Part shown: positions 25,718-36,499 of the stretch, piece by piece
Layout: each line of letters starts with the position of its first letter
Numbering within the stretch: position 1 is the stretch's first letter
Assembly: GCA_038087875.1 (NCBI GenBank)
Contig: CM075981.1
Coordinates: forward strand, 66,588,189-66,652,000
Length of the DNA: 63,812 bases
Reading direction: 5' to 3'
From: Malacoraja senta
Lineage: Eukaryota
Program-made: the position numbers and the translations under genes
Notes under the pieces: generated by a model
The model's input: only the letters and a program-made list of their open reading frames with translations
Told to the model about the DNA's origin: nothing
The model's database searches: none

Positions 25718-25895
25718 TAAAGACAAACTGCTGGAGAATCTCAGCGGGTCAAGCAGCATCCATGATGGCAAAGGGATTAGTCAACATTTTGGATCGAGAC
25801 CCTGCACCAAGAATGCTTCTCTTCGATGGTGCCCTGCCCACTGTTCCTCCAGCAGTCGTTTCTTGCTTTAGATTACAGCATCTGCAATCTCCTGA
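25718..25895. mobile_element. Older Penelope-derived fold-back element
   Basis: ACTGCTGGAGAA..CAGCATC / TTCCTCCAGCAGT inverted arms. Confidence 0.6.
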
Positions 25896-26041
25896 CTTTA
25901 TTTCTGAGCCATTTTCCAAGGACTGCGAGCAAACCACTTTATTGATTATCCATATAATTTTCCCAACTCCATTTCTTTCAGTATTTATCAATCTTAAAAA
26001 ATAAACTTGACTTCTGGTTTTAGTCTGAACAAAAAAGTCTA

Positions 26042-26299
26042 TGGGCCTGTCCCACTTACGCGACTTTTTCAACATGTTTAAAATTCAGCGGCAACCAGAA
26101 CAAGGTACGACTCTTTGGGCGACTACTCACGACCATACAGGCTTCACCCCGAGACATGTCTCCTCAGTCGCCCAAAGAGTCGTAGCGTCTTTCTGGTCGC
26201 CGATGGATTTTCAACATGTTGACATTTTTCGGCGACCTGCAACGACCTATGACGGGTGCCGGCATTCGCTGAAAAAGCCGCGTAAGTGGGACAGGCCCG
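26042..26299. mobile_element. PIF/Harbinger-like MITE
   Basis: TIR GGGCCTGTCCCACTTACGCG / CGCGTAAGTGGGACAGGCCC; internal inverted pair TACGACTCTTTGGGCGACT / AGTCGCCCAAAGAGTCGTA; TAA on the right flank, CTA on the left. Confidence 0.85.
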
Positions 26300-26335
26300 T
26301 AAGGCTGATGGTTTCCACTTGCTGGGCACTTGTTG

Positions 26336-26768
26336 GAAAGCAGACCAATTCCAAAAGACGTGGTCTACGTTTTTGGACCTATTACAAGCATGAGGTGCAA
26401 TAGTAATTTTAAAAATAAATAAATAAAGAATGGTATCAGGACCTGGTAATGGGAGGTAAAACAATAAAAACAGACTTGGTTGGTGGTTCCCTTTCTGCGA
26501 TTGTTCCTACTTTCTTTTTCTTTCTTTTCTAGGATCTACTTTCTTACTTTACTTCCTTCTCTAACTTCTTTTCTAAGGGGCTTTCTTTTCACAACACTCT
26601 CTTGCACCTCACGACTCTTGCGCACTTTCTTTACTTTTCTTACTTCTATCTTTCTCTTAAAGCTAAAAAAAATGAAGCGGTATAAAAAATGTATTAAGAT
26701 ATAAGTGTTGTGTATTACTGTAATTTACCGTACTTATAATAAAAATAATTAAAAAAAAAAAAAAAAAA
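26336..26768 (+). mobile_element. L1-clade LINE 3' end with poly(A)
   Basis: ORF2-end-like DQFQKTWSTFLDLLQA*, T-rich 3' UTR nearly identical to 35289-35545, AATAAA plus poly(A). Confidence 0.78.
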
Positions 26769-27187
26769 GTAGTAAACACTGCCCAATGCATCATCGGCTC
26801 TGACCTCCCTTCCATCGAGGGGATCCATCACAGTCGCTGCCTCAAAAAGGCTGGCAGTATCATCAAGGACCCGCACCATCCTGGCCACACACTCATCTCC
26901 CTACTACCTTCAGGTAGAAGGTACAGGAGCCTGAAGACTGCAACGACCAGGTTCAGGAATAGCTACTTCCCCACAGCCATCAGGCTATTAAACCTGGCTC
27001 GGACATAACACTGAACTTTATTAGCCAATACTGTTATTTGCACTATCAGTATATTGATTCATGTGTGTATATATTTATAGACTGCCTTGTAGTCAATGCC
27101 TACTATGTTCTGTTGTGCTGAAGCAAAGCAAGAATTTCATTGTCCTATCAGGGACACATGACAATAAACTCACTTGACTTGACTTGA
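26769..27187 (+). mobile_element. Rex1/Babar LINE 3' end
   Basis: VVNTAQCIIGSDLPSIEG..IIKDPHHPGHTLISLLPSGRRYRSLKTATTRFRNSYFPTAIRLLN; ends TGACAATAAAC(T)CACTTGACTTGACTTGA. Confidence 0.9.
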
Positions 27188-27354
27188 TGTCATGTTATGA
27201 CTAAGGTGGATGTTAGTGGAACAGGTAAGATGTGTGTCAGTGGGATAACTAAGTTGGTTGCTCGTGGAATAACATAGAACTAGAGTGATCCATGATAGGT
27301 GCAGACTCACTAGGCCGATGGCCTGTTTCCATGCTGTACCTTCCAATCAATTCA

Positions 27355-27917
27355 AACTGTACAAGTTATTATCAGATAGTTTGGAATATCGTGCACAATT
27401 CTGGTTGCCCAGCTACAGGAAGGACGACATTATGCTGGAAAGGGTGCAGAAACGATTTGTGAGGAAGTAACTAAGACTGGAGGACTTGAGTTACAAGGAC
27501 AGTCCAGATAGGCTGGCAGTAGTTTCTCTAGAGCATAGGAAGTTGAGGGGTGATCTTTTCTACACAACATCATGAGAGCCATAGATAAGGTGATGGCGAG
27601 AGTCTCTCTTCCAGGACAGAGGAATCTAAAACATAGGTTTAGGTTTAAGGTGAGAGGAAAAGATTTAAAAGGGATCTGAGGGACACTTTTTTGACATGGA
27701 GAGATGTGGGAGATATGAAATGAGCTGCCAGAGGAAGCTGTAGAGGCAGGCGCAATTACAATGTTTAAAAGACATTTGGGCAGATACAAGGGCTCAAAGG
27801 TTTAAAGGGATCTAGGCTAAACGCAGGCAAATGGGACTAGCTCGGATGGACATCTTGGTCAGCATAAACGAGTTGGGCCAAAGAGCTTCATTCCATACTG
27901 CATAACTTTATGACCCT
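27355..27917 (+). mobile_element. CR1 LINE 3' portion
   Basis: LEYRAQFWLPSYRKDDIMLERVQKRF followed by the CR1 C-terminus and 3' UTR. Confidence 0.9.
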
Positions 27918-29795
27918 GAGATAGATAATTATATTTGGACATGGACTCCAAAGATCCTCCAATGCAATGCATGTCTCAATGAAGAACTATGCCAAGAACG
28001 GTCAATTTCCTCTTCACAAAGTTGCAGACAATCCCGGGAAAAAACTATATAGTTATGCCATGCAGTGTTACCTTCAGTAATAGCTAATCAATATTCTCAC
28101 CTCTTCCTCAACTGTTCTCCACACCAGATTCCAATAAAAAACATATGTCTAGAAAGCTGCAACAACTAAGATGAACTCTTCCTGTCAAGGACCATTTTAC
28201 ATCATTAAAAGTATTTTTATTTTTATTCCCTTTACAGAATTTATATTTCTCCATAATGGGGTGAAATGTGTTGATGCTGAACGATTTTTTTTTTACTGAC
28301 GGATGAAATATAGCAGCTGAGAAGTGCAGGTGTTTTTTCTTTATCTGCTGAGCTGAGGTTGCCAGGAAATGCATACGTACTTAGGAACATGATGTCATTT
28401 TCATGACATCTTGAAAAGTGCAGCATAAAATTAGATGTTGTCATCCCACAGAAAGAAACCTTGTACAACAGAACAGGTCATTTTGAAATCCTACACAAAA
28501 TAATTCCCTTTGAATGGAAAAATAGATATCTATTTAATACCAAGCCTTGTTATTAAAGTCAGATAACTATATTTCCATTCAAAGGGAATGGAATCCTTCT
28601 CTCTGCTCTATCCTTCAAGCAATCTCCATACATCTTCTGTGCTCATGCTCTCTCTCCCTCTGCACCACTTTGCTCTCTCTTCAGCGCCCTTCTTTCTCAC
28701 TTCATTCTTTCTCTCCTTTATTGCTTCTTTCCTATTTTGCCCATCTCTCTTCCCTTCCTATTCAATCTAACTTTCACAATTCTCTCTCTCTCTCTTCTCA
28801 CTATTTCTTTATTCTTTATAAAGGCATGCTCAATTGGGACAGATTGGGTGATTGACTTGGCCACTCAAGAATTGACCATGTTTTAGCTTGGAAAGACTCC
28901 TTTGTTGCTTTAGCAGTATGTTTGGGATCATTGTCTTGCTGTAGAATGAACTGCCGGCCAATGAGTTTTGAGGCATTTGTTTGAACTTGAGCAGATAGGA
29001 TGTGTCTATACACTTCAGAATTCATTATGCTACTACCATCAGCAGTTGTATCATCAATGAAGATAAGTGAGCCAGTACCTTCAGCAGCCATACATGCCCA
29101 TGCCATAACACCCCCACCACCATGTTTCACAGATGAGGTGGTACGCTTTGGATCTTGGGCAGTTCCTTCTCTGCTCCAAACTTTGCTCTTGCCATCACTC
29201 TGATATAATCTTCGTCTCATCTGTCCACAAGACCTTTTTCCAGAACTGTGGTTGCTCTTTTAAGTACTTCTTGGCAAACTGTAACCTGGCCATCCTATAT
29301 TTGTGGCTAACCAGTGGTTTGCACTAAAGATCTTAGAGCGGAGCAAGATGGTTCACTCTGCGAAAAAGCCATAGTAGCTGATGGGTAATCTTCAACGACA
29401 TTCCCGTAACCGACTTCTGTCATGGCGGCACCATCTACAAGCAGAGCGTACAGCTCCACTATAATTTCTGGGTTCTTCGTAAATGCAGCAGTTCCACACT
29501 TTAATTATTTTTTAAAAATGTATAAGCGCTCTAACAATAGTTTAAAAAACTGAGTTATTAAAACTATCGGAATTACTTTGGAGGCACCTCTGCGATTCAT
29601 CTCCTGTGCATTACACTCCCCTGGGGTTACATTACTCTGGGGTTTTAGACTGAGCTAATCTTGCAGAGGGTTGACGGATTTTCCTTGCTAAAGGATTACC
29701 TGCGACCCTAACAAAACCTCAAATCCTCTGTATGCTGGATCAGACATAACTCAGAGCAGTTCTTCGATCTTCACGATGATGTACCTTAATGTCAA

Positions 29796-29958
29796 GGATA
29801 GACACGAAAAGCTGGAATAACTCAGCGGGTCAGAAGAAAGGTCTCGACCCGAATGGTCGCCTGTTCCTTTTCTCCAGAGATGCTGTCTGACCAGCTGAGT
29901 TGCTCCAACTTTTTGTGTCTATCTTCGGTTTAAACCAGCATCTGCAGTTCCTTCCTAC
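29796..29958. mobile_element. Short Penelope-derived fold-back element with 13-bp TSD
   Basis: ACCTTAATGTCAA at 29783-29795 and 29959-29971; inverted GATAGACAC..CTCAGC arms. Confidence 0.85.
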
Positions 29959-30359
29959 ACCTTAATGTCAATACGTTTCTGAATTTATTGAGTACAAAGT
30001 TATCTATTCCCATTTTTTGTATCAAAGCTTCTCAGCGTGTGATACCATATTGCAGACAATTTTGCCAAATTTCAGGCTACCATCGTGTTGTGAACGTATG
30101 ACTGTACTCTATACCTGTCCGATCCATGTACCTGACCAAATGTTTCTTCAAAGTTACGATAGTTACGAAATGCAAAAAAGGTTGCCGACCCCTGGACTAA
30201 ACCAAATCCTTGATCCTATCCTGCCAGCCTTTGTGTTCATTGATATTTCATTCACAATATTAGGATTTCGTAGAGGGAGAGAGAGAGAGATAGGTTGAAT
30301 GAATGAATGAAAGAAAGAAAAAGGTTGCTCAACAAATAATTAGAGATCACAAGAAAGAA

Positions 30360-30507
30360 ACAAGAGAATATATATATGTGTGTTATATATTTATGTACGT
30401 ATATGTCACACATATATATATATATGCATCATATATATATAATGAATATATATGTGTTTATATATATAAGAAACTAGAAAAATATATTTGTGTGTTATAC
30501 AATTATA
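30360..30507. repeat. (TA)-rich low-complexity repeat
   Basis: Degenerate TA runs leading into the gap. Confidence 0.8.
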
Positions 30508-30656
30508 NNNNNNNNNNNNNNNNNNNNNNNNNNNNNNNNNNNNNNNNNNNNNNNNNNNNNNNNNNNNNNNNNNNNNNNNNNNNNNNNNNNNNNNNNNNNN
30601 NNNNNNNNNNNNNNNNNNNNNNNNNNNNNNNNNNNNNNNNNNNNNNNNNNNNNNNN
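30508..30656. other. Assembly gap
   Basis: Run of N. Confidence 0.99.
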
Positions 30657-31972
30657 CAGTTGTGAACAATGGGATTAGATGAATTACAGAGTGCAAGTTT
30701 AATACAAAAATCAATTCAAGCACAGGACATGCACCATTTAAAAAGAAAAAATTGAAAAACATTTAAAACATTAAAAAACACGCAAACTGTTCCCCCGCAA
30801 TGCTGATTACACTGCGAGAGGCATAACTGGTCGGGTCGGGATTACTGAAATGGCGGAAGTTAAGCTCCGTTGCGTACTACACGTCAGTCCATTGGATTTT
30901 GCAGGAGTGGACCACCTTGCTCTGCTCTAAGATCTTTGGTTTGCACCTTGGAGTGTAGCCTCTGTATTTCTGTTCATGAAGTCTTCTGCGGACAGTGGTC
31001 ATTGACAAATTCACACCTGACTCCTGAAGAGTGTTTCTGATCTGTCGGATGGTTGTTTGGGGATTTTTCTTTGTTATAGAGATAATTCTTCTGTCATGAG
31101 CTGTGGAGGTCTTCCTTGGCCTGCCAGTCCCTTTGCGATTAGTAAGCTCACCAGTGCTCTCTTTCTTCTTAATGATGTTCCAAACTGTTGATTTTGGTAA
31201 GTCCGAGGTTTGGCTGATGTCTCTTAACAGTTTTATTCTAGTTTCTCAGTCTCATAATGGCTTCTTTGACTTTCATTGGCTCAACTTTGGTCCTCATGTT
31301 GATAAACAGCAATAAACGTTTCCAAATGTGATGGAAAGACTGGATGAAAGACTAGGTGCTGAGAGCTCTCTTATACCTGCATCAAGGAGGCATTTAAACA
31401 CACCTGAGCAATTACAAACACCTGTGAAGCCATGAGTCCCAAACATTATGGTGCCCTGAAATGGGGAGACTATGTATAAACACAGCTGTAATTTCTACAT
31501 GATGAAACCAAAATGTATAAAAATACCCTTTAATAAAATCTGACAATGTGCACTTTAACTACATGTGATTTTTTCTATTACAAATCTCAAATTGTGGAGT
31601 ACAGAGGCAAATAAATAAATGATGGGTCTTTGTCCCAAACATTATGGAGGGCACTGTAAGTCTGAAATAGGCTTGTTCTCATCTGCCCAAGAGAATAGGC
31701 ACTTCATATCTTTAATATTTAATTTAATATTTCCTTTAATATGTCGCCTGAAAGGCGGTGCCTTCAAATGCGTAATACAAACCAAAAAGGTACATTAACA
31801 TGGCTGAGAATGTCTTGGGTATCTGGAAAGTTTTGCTACACCGGTATTGCATGGGTGTTTGATTTGACGGCCTATCATGTGTCGAGGTGATTGTACACAG
31901 GCCCCCCGTTGTGCCATGCTCTGTACAAAATGTCTCAGGCAATTAATGCAATGGGTGTTTTTTCCCATGTCA

Positions 31973-32263
31973 GGGTGGCACTGTGGCGCAGCAGTAGAGT
32001 TGCGGCCTTACACACTTACAGAGACCCGGGTTCGATACTTACTACGGATACTGTCTGTACGGAGTTTGTACGTTCTCCCCATGACCACGTTGGTTTTCTT
32101 CAAGCTCTTTTGTTTCCTTCCATACCCCAAAGATGTTTGTTTCCTCCCATACCCCAGGTTTGTAGGTCGCTAGTGTGTGTAGCATAGTGTTAATGTTCGG
32201 GGATTTGCTGATGGGCCAAAGGGCTTCTTTCCACGCTGTATCGCTTAACTAAACTAAACTAAA
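31973..32263 (+). mobile_element. HE1-type SINE
   Basis: GGTGGCACTGTGGCGCAGCAGTAGAG head, GGTTCGATAC B box, (AACTA)n tail. Confidence 0.9.
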
Positions 32264-33292
32264 TACTGCAGGAATGGTAGTGTGAGGTGCAGAGGAGGGT
32301 GTTAGTTAGTGGGGGCAGGGCATGGTTGGGCTGGGGAGAATTATTTGATCTTCAAGGGTAAGATCACCACAGCACAAAGGGGTAATTTGGATTACAATTG
32401 GTTGAGCTTTTGGTGGTGTGGGCCAGGGTCAAAATTGCGGCATGCTGGGAGAATGGCGAGCGCCATCGGTGAAGGAGAGGGGCATAGGAGGGAAGAATTT
32501 GACTCAAAGTGCCCCACCTGAAGAGTATTCACAGCACTGGACTACACAACTGGATTCTGTGATTAATCTGCTGATCCATGGTTTTCCTTAAAAAAGAATG
32601 TCAAAGAAGCTGAAATGCGTAGCACACATATAGCAAGACAGAATTTCTGGACCTTTGAATCTGACGTCTGAAGAGGGATGTAATATATCGGATGGCATAA
32701 TTGAAGTTGCAAAGGAAAAATGTGTGGAGCAGTGACCGTGGTGGGTTTGAACAAGGAGACGCGGAAGGGAGTGACCGGAAAATGAAAGGTTAGCACACTG
32801 AGGAGAAAGGATTGTTCATCACTTGAGGTGGTTTGCATTGTTACCCAAGAGGCTAATCATAGCCTCCCAGTCTCTGAATGTAAGACATTAGCCACTGTGC
32901 GTCAGTGGCCGCAGCGTTTTAGGGGATTATTTAAGGTTTGTCCTGTCACACAGCTTTCCCTGTTCCTCGTGGCCGAGGGCCAAAAGCATTATTTTTTTAT
33001 CTATACGTTCCAAATTTAATTTAGAGTCTGCTGAGATTTTAAACAAAACATTCTCCTTTTGTGCCTATTACAAAACTGTGTTTGACATCAAACAGTCTGA
33101 TCATAGTCACTTGACATTATGTATGTTAGTAAGGCTACCAAAAAAGTTGTTTTCCTTATGATTTACTGGTGGTGGTTATGAAAGAGCTAACCTTTAACTG
33201 GGGGAAGAGGTTGCATGTTGAGCCTCTTGCGACTATGGTTACGACATTCATCTAATGGGCAGTGGCAATCTCTCAACCAGTGCTCAGCCACT

Positions 33293-33357
33293 TCCTTCTT
33301 TCCTTCGCTCCATAGATGCTGCTGCACCCGCTGAGTTTCTCCAGCATTTTTGTGTAC
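33293..33357 (+). mobile_element. Very short Penelope-derived insertion with 10-bp TSD
   Basis: CTCAGCCACT at 33283-33292 and 33358-33367 around AGATGCTGC..GCTGAGTTTCTCCAGCA. Confidence 0.8.
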
Positions 33358-33679
33358 CTCAGCCACTCATGAGTTGTGACATTAAATCAGTCTGAGGCAC
33401 ACTTCATCAGATCCACTGGGCGTGTGTACTGCCGTTGGGTTTCCAAACAATTACAAAAAAGACCGCGCTTTGGCAGAGTTGTAAGGATGTAATTGCTTGC
33501 TGAGTCAGCCGTCTTCACGTGGCCTTCAGGTCATTATGTGTGCAAATGCATCATCTTTTCAGGCACTTATTCACTCATCCTAGGAAGATGGCAATTTAGA
33601 TCTCATGTTCTTGTCACTAAGGCCTCAGCCATTGGTCACCACACTTCTGGCCTTTCGAGAAGGAACAGCCTGGCTATCC

Positions 33680-33895
33680 AAAAACAAAGTGCTGGAGGAA
33701 CTCAGCAGGTCAGGAAGGGAGGGAAATCCATAGTTGACATTTCGTATCTAATCTTCATTCATCAGATTGACTTCAGAAGGTTCCTGATCTGAAGTGTCAT
33801 TTGTCTATTACCCTCCACAGATGCTCGCTGGCCTCTTGAATTCCTCCAGCATTTGTTCTTTGCTCAAGAGTCCAATAGTACAGTCACTGGTATCT
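33680..33895. mobile_element. Older Penelope-derived fold-back element
   Basis: TGCTGGAGGAACTCAG / GAATTCCTCCAGCA inverted arms. Confidence 0.65.
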
Positions 33896-34582
33896 CAACC
33901 TGGCTATCCAATATTGTTTGGGAACTGGAAGGTGGCAGGATTAAGCATGACCCATTCTGATGTAAGTTCAATGACCTAAAACGTAACTCCATTTCCCTCC
34001 CCACAAATGCCTCTTCTGAGTGTTTCCAGCTTTTTACCGTTTTCATTTAAGCTGTGCAGCATTTGCAGTTTGTTTTTTGGATTGTCCGTTGTTCAGACCT
34101 GTCAAAGGTCATTGGAGCAAGATGGTCATATCGTCCCTAAAGTGGCTCAGCTGATCCCAGCATAGATTTTTAAGGCAGGATCCTAATCAAAGAGATGGAG
34201 GGAATTCAACAAGCTACAATTTATGTTTAACTGAGTGCTTCCAGATTGATGCAAGAGTCGCTCTCATTTCACTCTGCAGATTTTAGCTGACTGCTCATTT
34301 CAGCTGAATCTGCTCTTGACCAGAGAAGCAAAGAAAGCTTACGCTAAATGGTCTCATTTGGGAGTTCATCGATATAGTAAAGTTAATTTTGGTTGTAAAC
34401 AATACGAGTTGCTTGAAGGCTGCGTTGTCAAAAAAAACACACGGTACATTTTACTAACTGCTCACAGGGCTGCAACAAAATTCATAGGAGATTCCAGAGA
34501 AGCAGCTGTAAGGAGTCCTTGAAGAAAGAGGACAATTCATGCCTCGTGTATTTGGCTGCACTCTCAATACAAATGTGTGTTT

Positions 34583-34877
34583 GGTGGCACAATAGCACGG
34601 TGGTAGATTTGCTGCCTTTCAGCGCCAGAGACCGGGTTCGAACCTGAGTACAAGTGCTGTCTGTCCGGAGTTTGTGCATTCTCTCTGTGACCACGTGGGT
34701 TTTCTCCGGGTGCTCCAGTTTTCTCCCACATTCCAAAGACGTCCAGCTTTGTAGGTTAATTGTCTTTGGTAAAAATTGTAAATTATCCCTGGCGTGTAAG
34801 GAATCGGTGGATGGCGTGGACTCGGTGGGCTGAAGGGCCTGTTTCTACATTGTATCTCTAAACTAAACTAAACTAAA
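34583..34877 (+). mobile_element. HE1-type SINE
   Basis: GGTTCGAACC B box, V-type core, (CTAAA)n tail. Confidence 0.9.
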
Positions 34878-35282
34878 TTGACTCCCAATGGTTATTAGGG
34901 CTCCACATATCACACAATTAGAGATTGGCTAGTCTTCTTAACTGGGATTGTGAGCAAGGCAACCTGATTTTTCTTTAAAAATAATATTGTGCCTTTTCAT
35001 GAAATATCTTCCACCCATGGAAATTACACTAAATCCTAATTACTGGAACTACATTATTTTGTTCTGAATATTGATTTGAATCGGCTATTCAAATCATAAA
35101 CATCCTGAAATCTCAACATATGAAATAAACTAATTAGCACTTGCATTGCCTCTAGCTGTACTCGAATTGACCGTATAAAGAAATGCATTGCCTCATTAAA
35201 CCACTCACCCTCCACTACACTCAATTAATTTTACCTCATTCTTGACCCAATTATTTTTTAATGATCTTATAAATGGAATAAA

Positions 35283-35556
35283 TATAGAGCGATTGTTCCT
35301 ACTTTCTTTTTCTTTCTTTTCTAGGGTCTACTTTCTTACTTTACTTCCTTCTCTAACTTCTTTTCTAAGGGGCTTTCTTTTCCCAACACTCTCTTGCACT
35401 TCACGACTCTTGCGCACTTTCTTTACTTTCCTTACTTCTATCTCTTTCTTAAAGCTCAAAAAAATGAAGCGGTACAAAAAATGTATTAAGATATATGTGT
35501 TGTGTATTACTGTAATTTACCGTACTTCTAATAAAATAAATTAAATTAAAAATAAA
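35283..35556 (+). mobile_element. L1-clade 3' UTR insertion with 14-bp TSD
   Basis: Near-identical to 26498-26750; A-rich tail; ATAAATGGAATAAA at 35269-35282 and 35557-35570. Confidence 0.85.
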
Positions 35557-36224
35557 ATAAATGGAATAAACTAAGAAGACCTGAGAGGTTTGTAATGCAA
35601 GGCCAGTTCCTGGTGCCACACAGAAGTCTTTGTACCCTGAGAACTTTCAGGGCTAGTCTAAATTGTGAGATCCCCTAGATCAGTGTATTGTGTCTCTAAA
35701 CCCTTGGTTAGTCTCGCTGGGTGTTGATGCATTGATGGATTCTCTAACTGTAGCTGGACAAAGATGGCAATGAGATGTAGCACCAGGAAGTGCGAGGTGA
35801 TTTAATTTATAAACTTAGCTTAGGGTGTTTTACTGCTTAAACGGCACAATATAAATCCAGGTTATTTTTGGGTACTAGCACTAATTGCACAAACGCAGTG
35901 ATCGTTGTTACATCTGATATTGAGTTGCACTGGAATATCAGACAGAGGTGCAACGAGTGGTCTATCCATGGGCACGAGTTTTACCTCCTGAAGATGTCCT
36001 CTGCTGTACCAGGAAAAATAAGTACATCCACACCTCATGAAAGTGAGGTATAATAGTGTGCAGCAAGATCAACAGTGGGCAGTGATTTCAGCCGGGACAA
36101 GAAGAGCACCAAATTCAGCGGTTTGATTAAAACTATGGTGAGAAGACTTGTGAGTAAGTGGTAGGTTGAGACAGGCATGAACTAATCTCACCAGTGCTTG
36201 GATTGTCTGAGCAGTGAATGGAAC

Positions 36225-36425
36225 AGTGTATGAAGGAACTGCAGATGCTGGTTTAAACCAAAGAAAAATGCTGGAGTAACTCAACAGGACAGGCAACATC
36301 TCGAGAGAGAAGGAATGGGTGACGTTTCGAGTCGACACCTTTCTTCAGGTCCAGAAACGTCACCCATTCCTTCTCTCCAGAGATGCTTGCTGTCTCGCTG
36401 AGTTACTCCAGCATTTTGTATCTAT
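36225..36425. mobile_element. Short Penelope-derived fold-back element with 13-bp TSD and hammerhead-like core
   Basis: CAGTGA(A/G)TGGAAC at 36212-36224 and 36426-36438; long inverted arms; minus strand 36321-36348 reads CTGAAGA-AAGGTGTCGACTC-GAAACGTC. Confidence 0.85.
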
Positions 36426-36499
36426 CAGTGAGTGGAACTGATGAAGTCTTGGAACCTGGCACAGCCGCTTCAAGACAGGCGGGACAGGAGTAGAGAAGG

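Larger units (their letters stand above)
29325..30938. mobile_element. Non-autonomous DNA transposon with 8-bp TSD (hAT- or P-like) nested in Tc1
   Basis: TIR TAAAGATCTTAGAGCGGAGCAAG / CTTGCTCTGCTCTAAGATCTTTG; TSD GTTTGCAC at 29317-29324 and 30939-30946; spans an assembly gap. Confidence 0.85.
28820..31656 (-). mobile_element. Tc1-family DNA transposon (IR/DR type), defective, interrupted, 3'-truncated
   Basis: VKHGGGGVMAWACMAAEGTGSL..ILQQDNDPKHTAK..EWPSQSPNL motifs; ATG at 31297; terminus CAGTGCCCTCCATAATGTTTGGGAC next to TA (31657-31658); direct repeat GTCCCAAACATTATGG at ~31437 and ~31632. Confidence 0.93.

Noticed and set aside
26480-26704. Near-identical hydrophobic ORFs here and at 35242-35544 (possible membrane peptide family)
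   Set aside because: Translation of a T-rich L1 3' UTR present twice.
30303-30762. ORFs containing X runs
   Set aside because: They read through the assembly gap and TA repeats.
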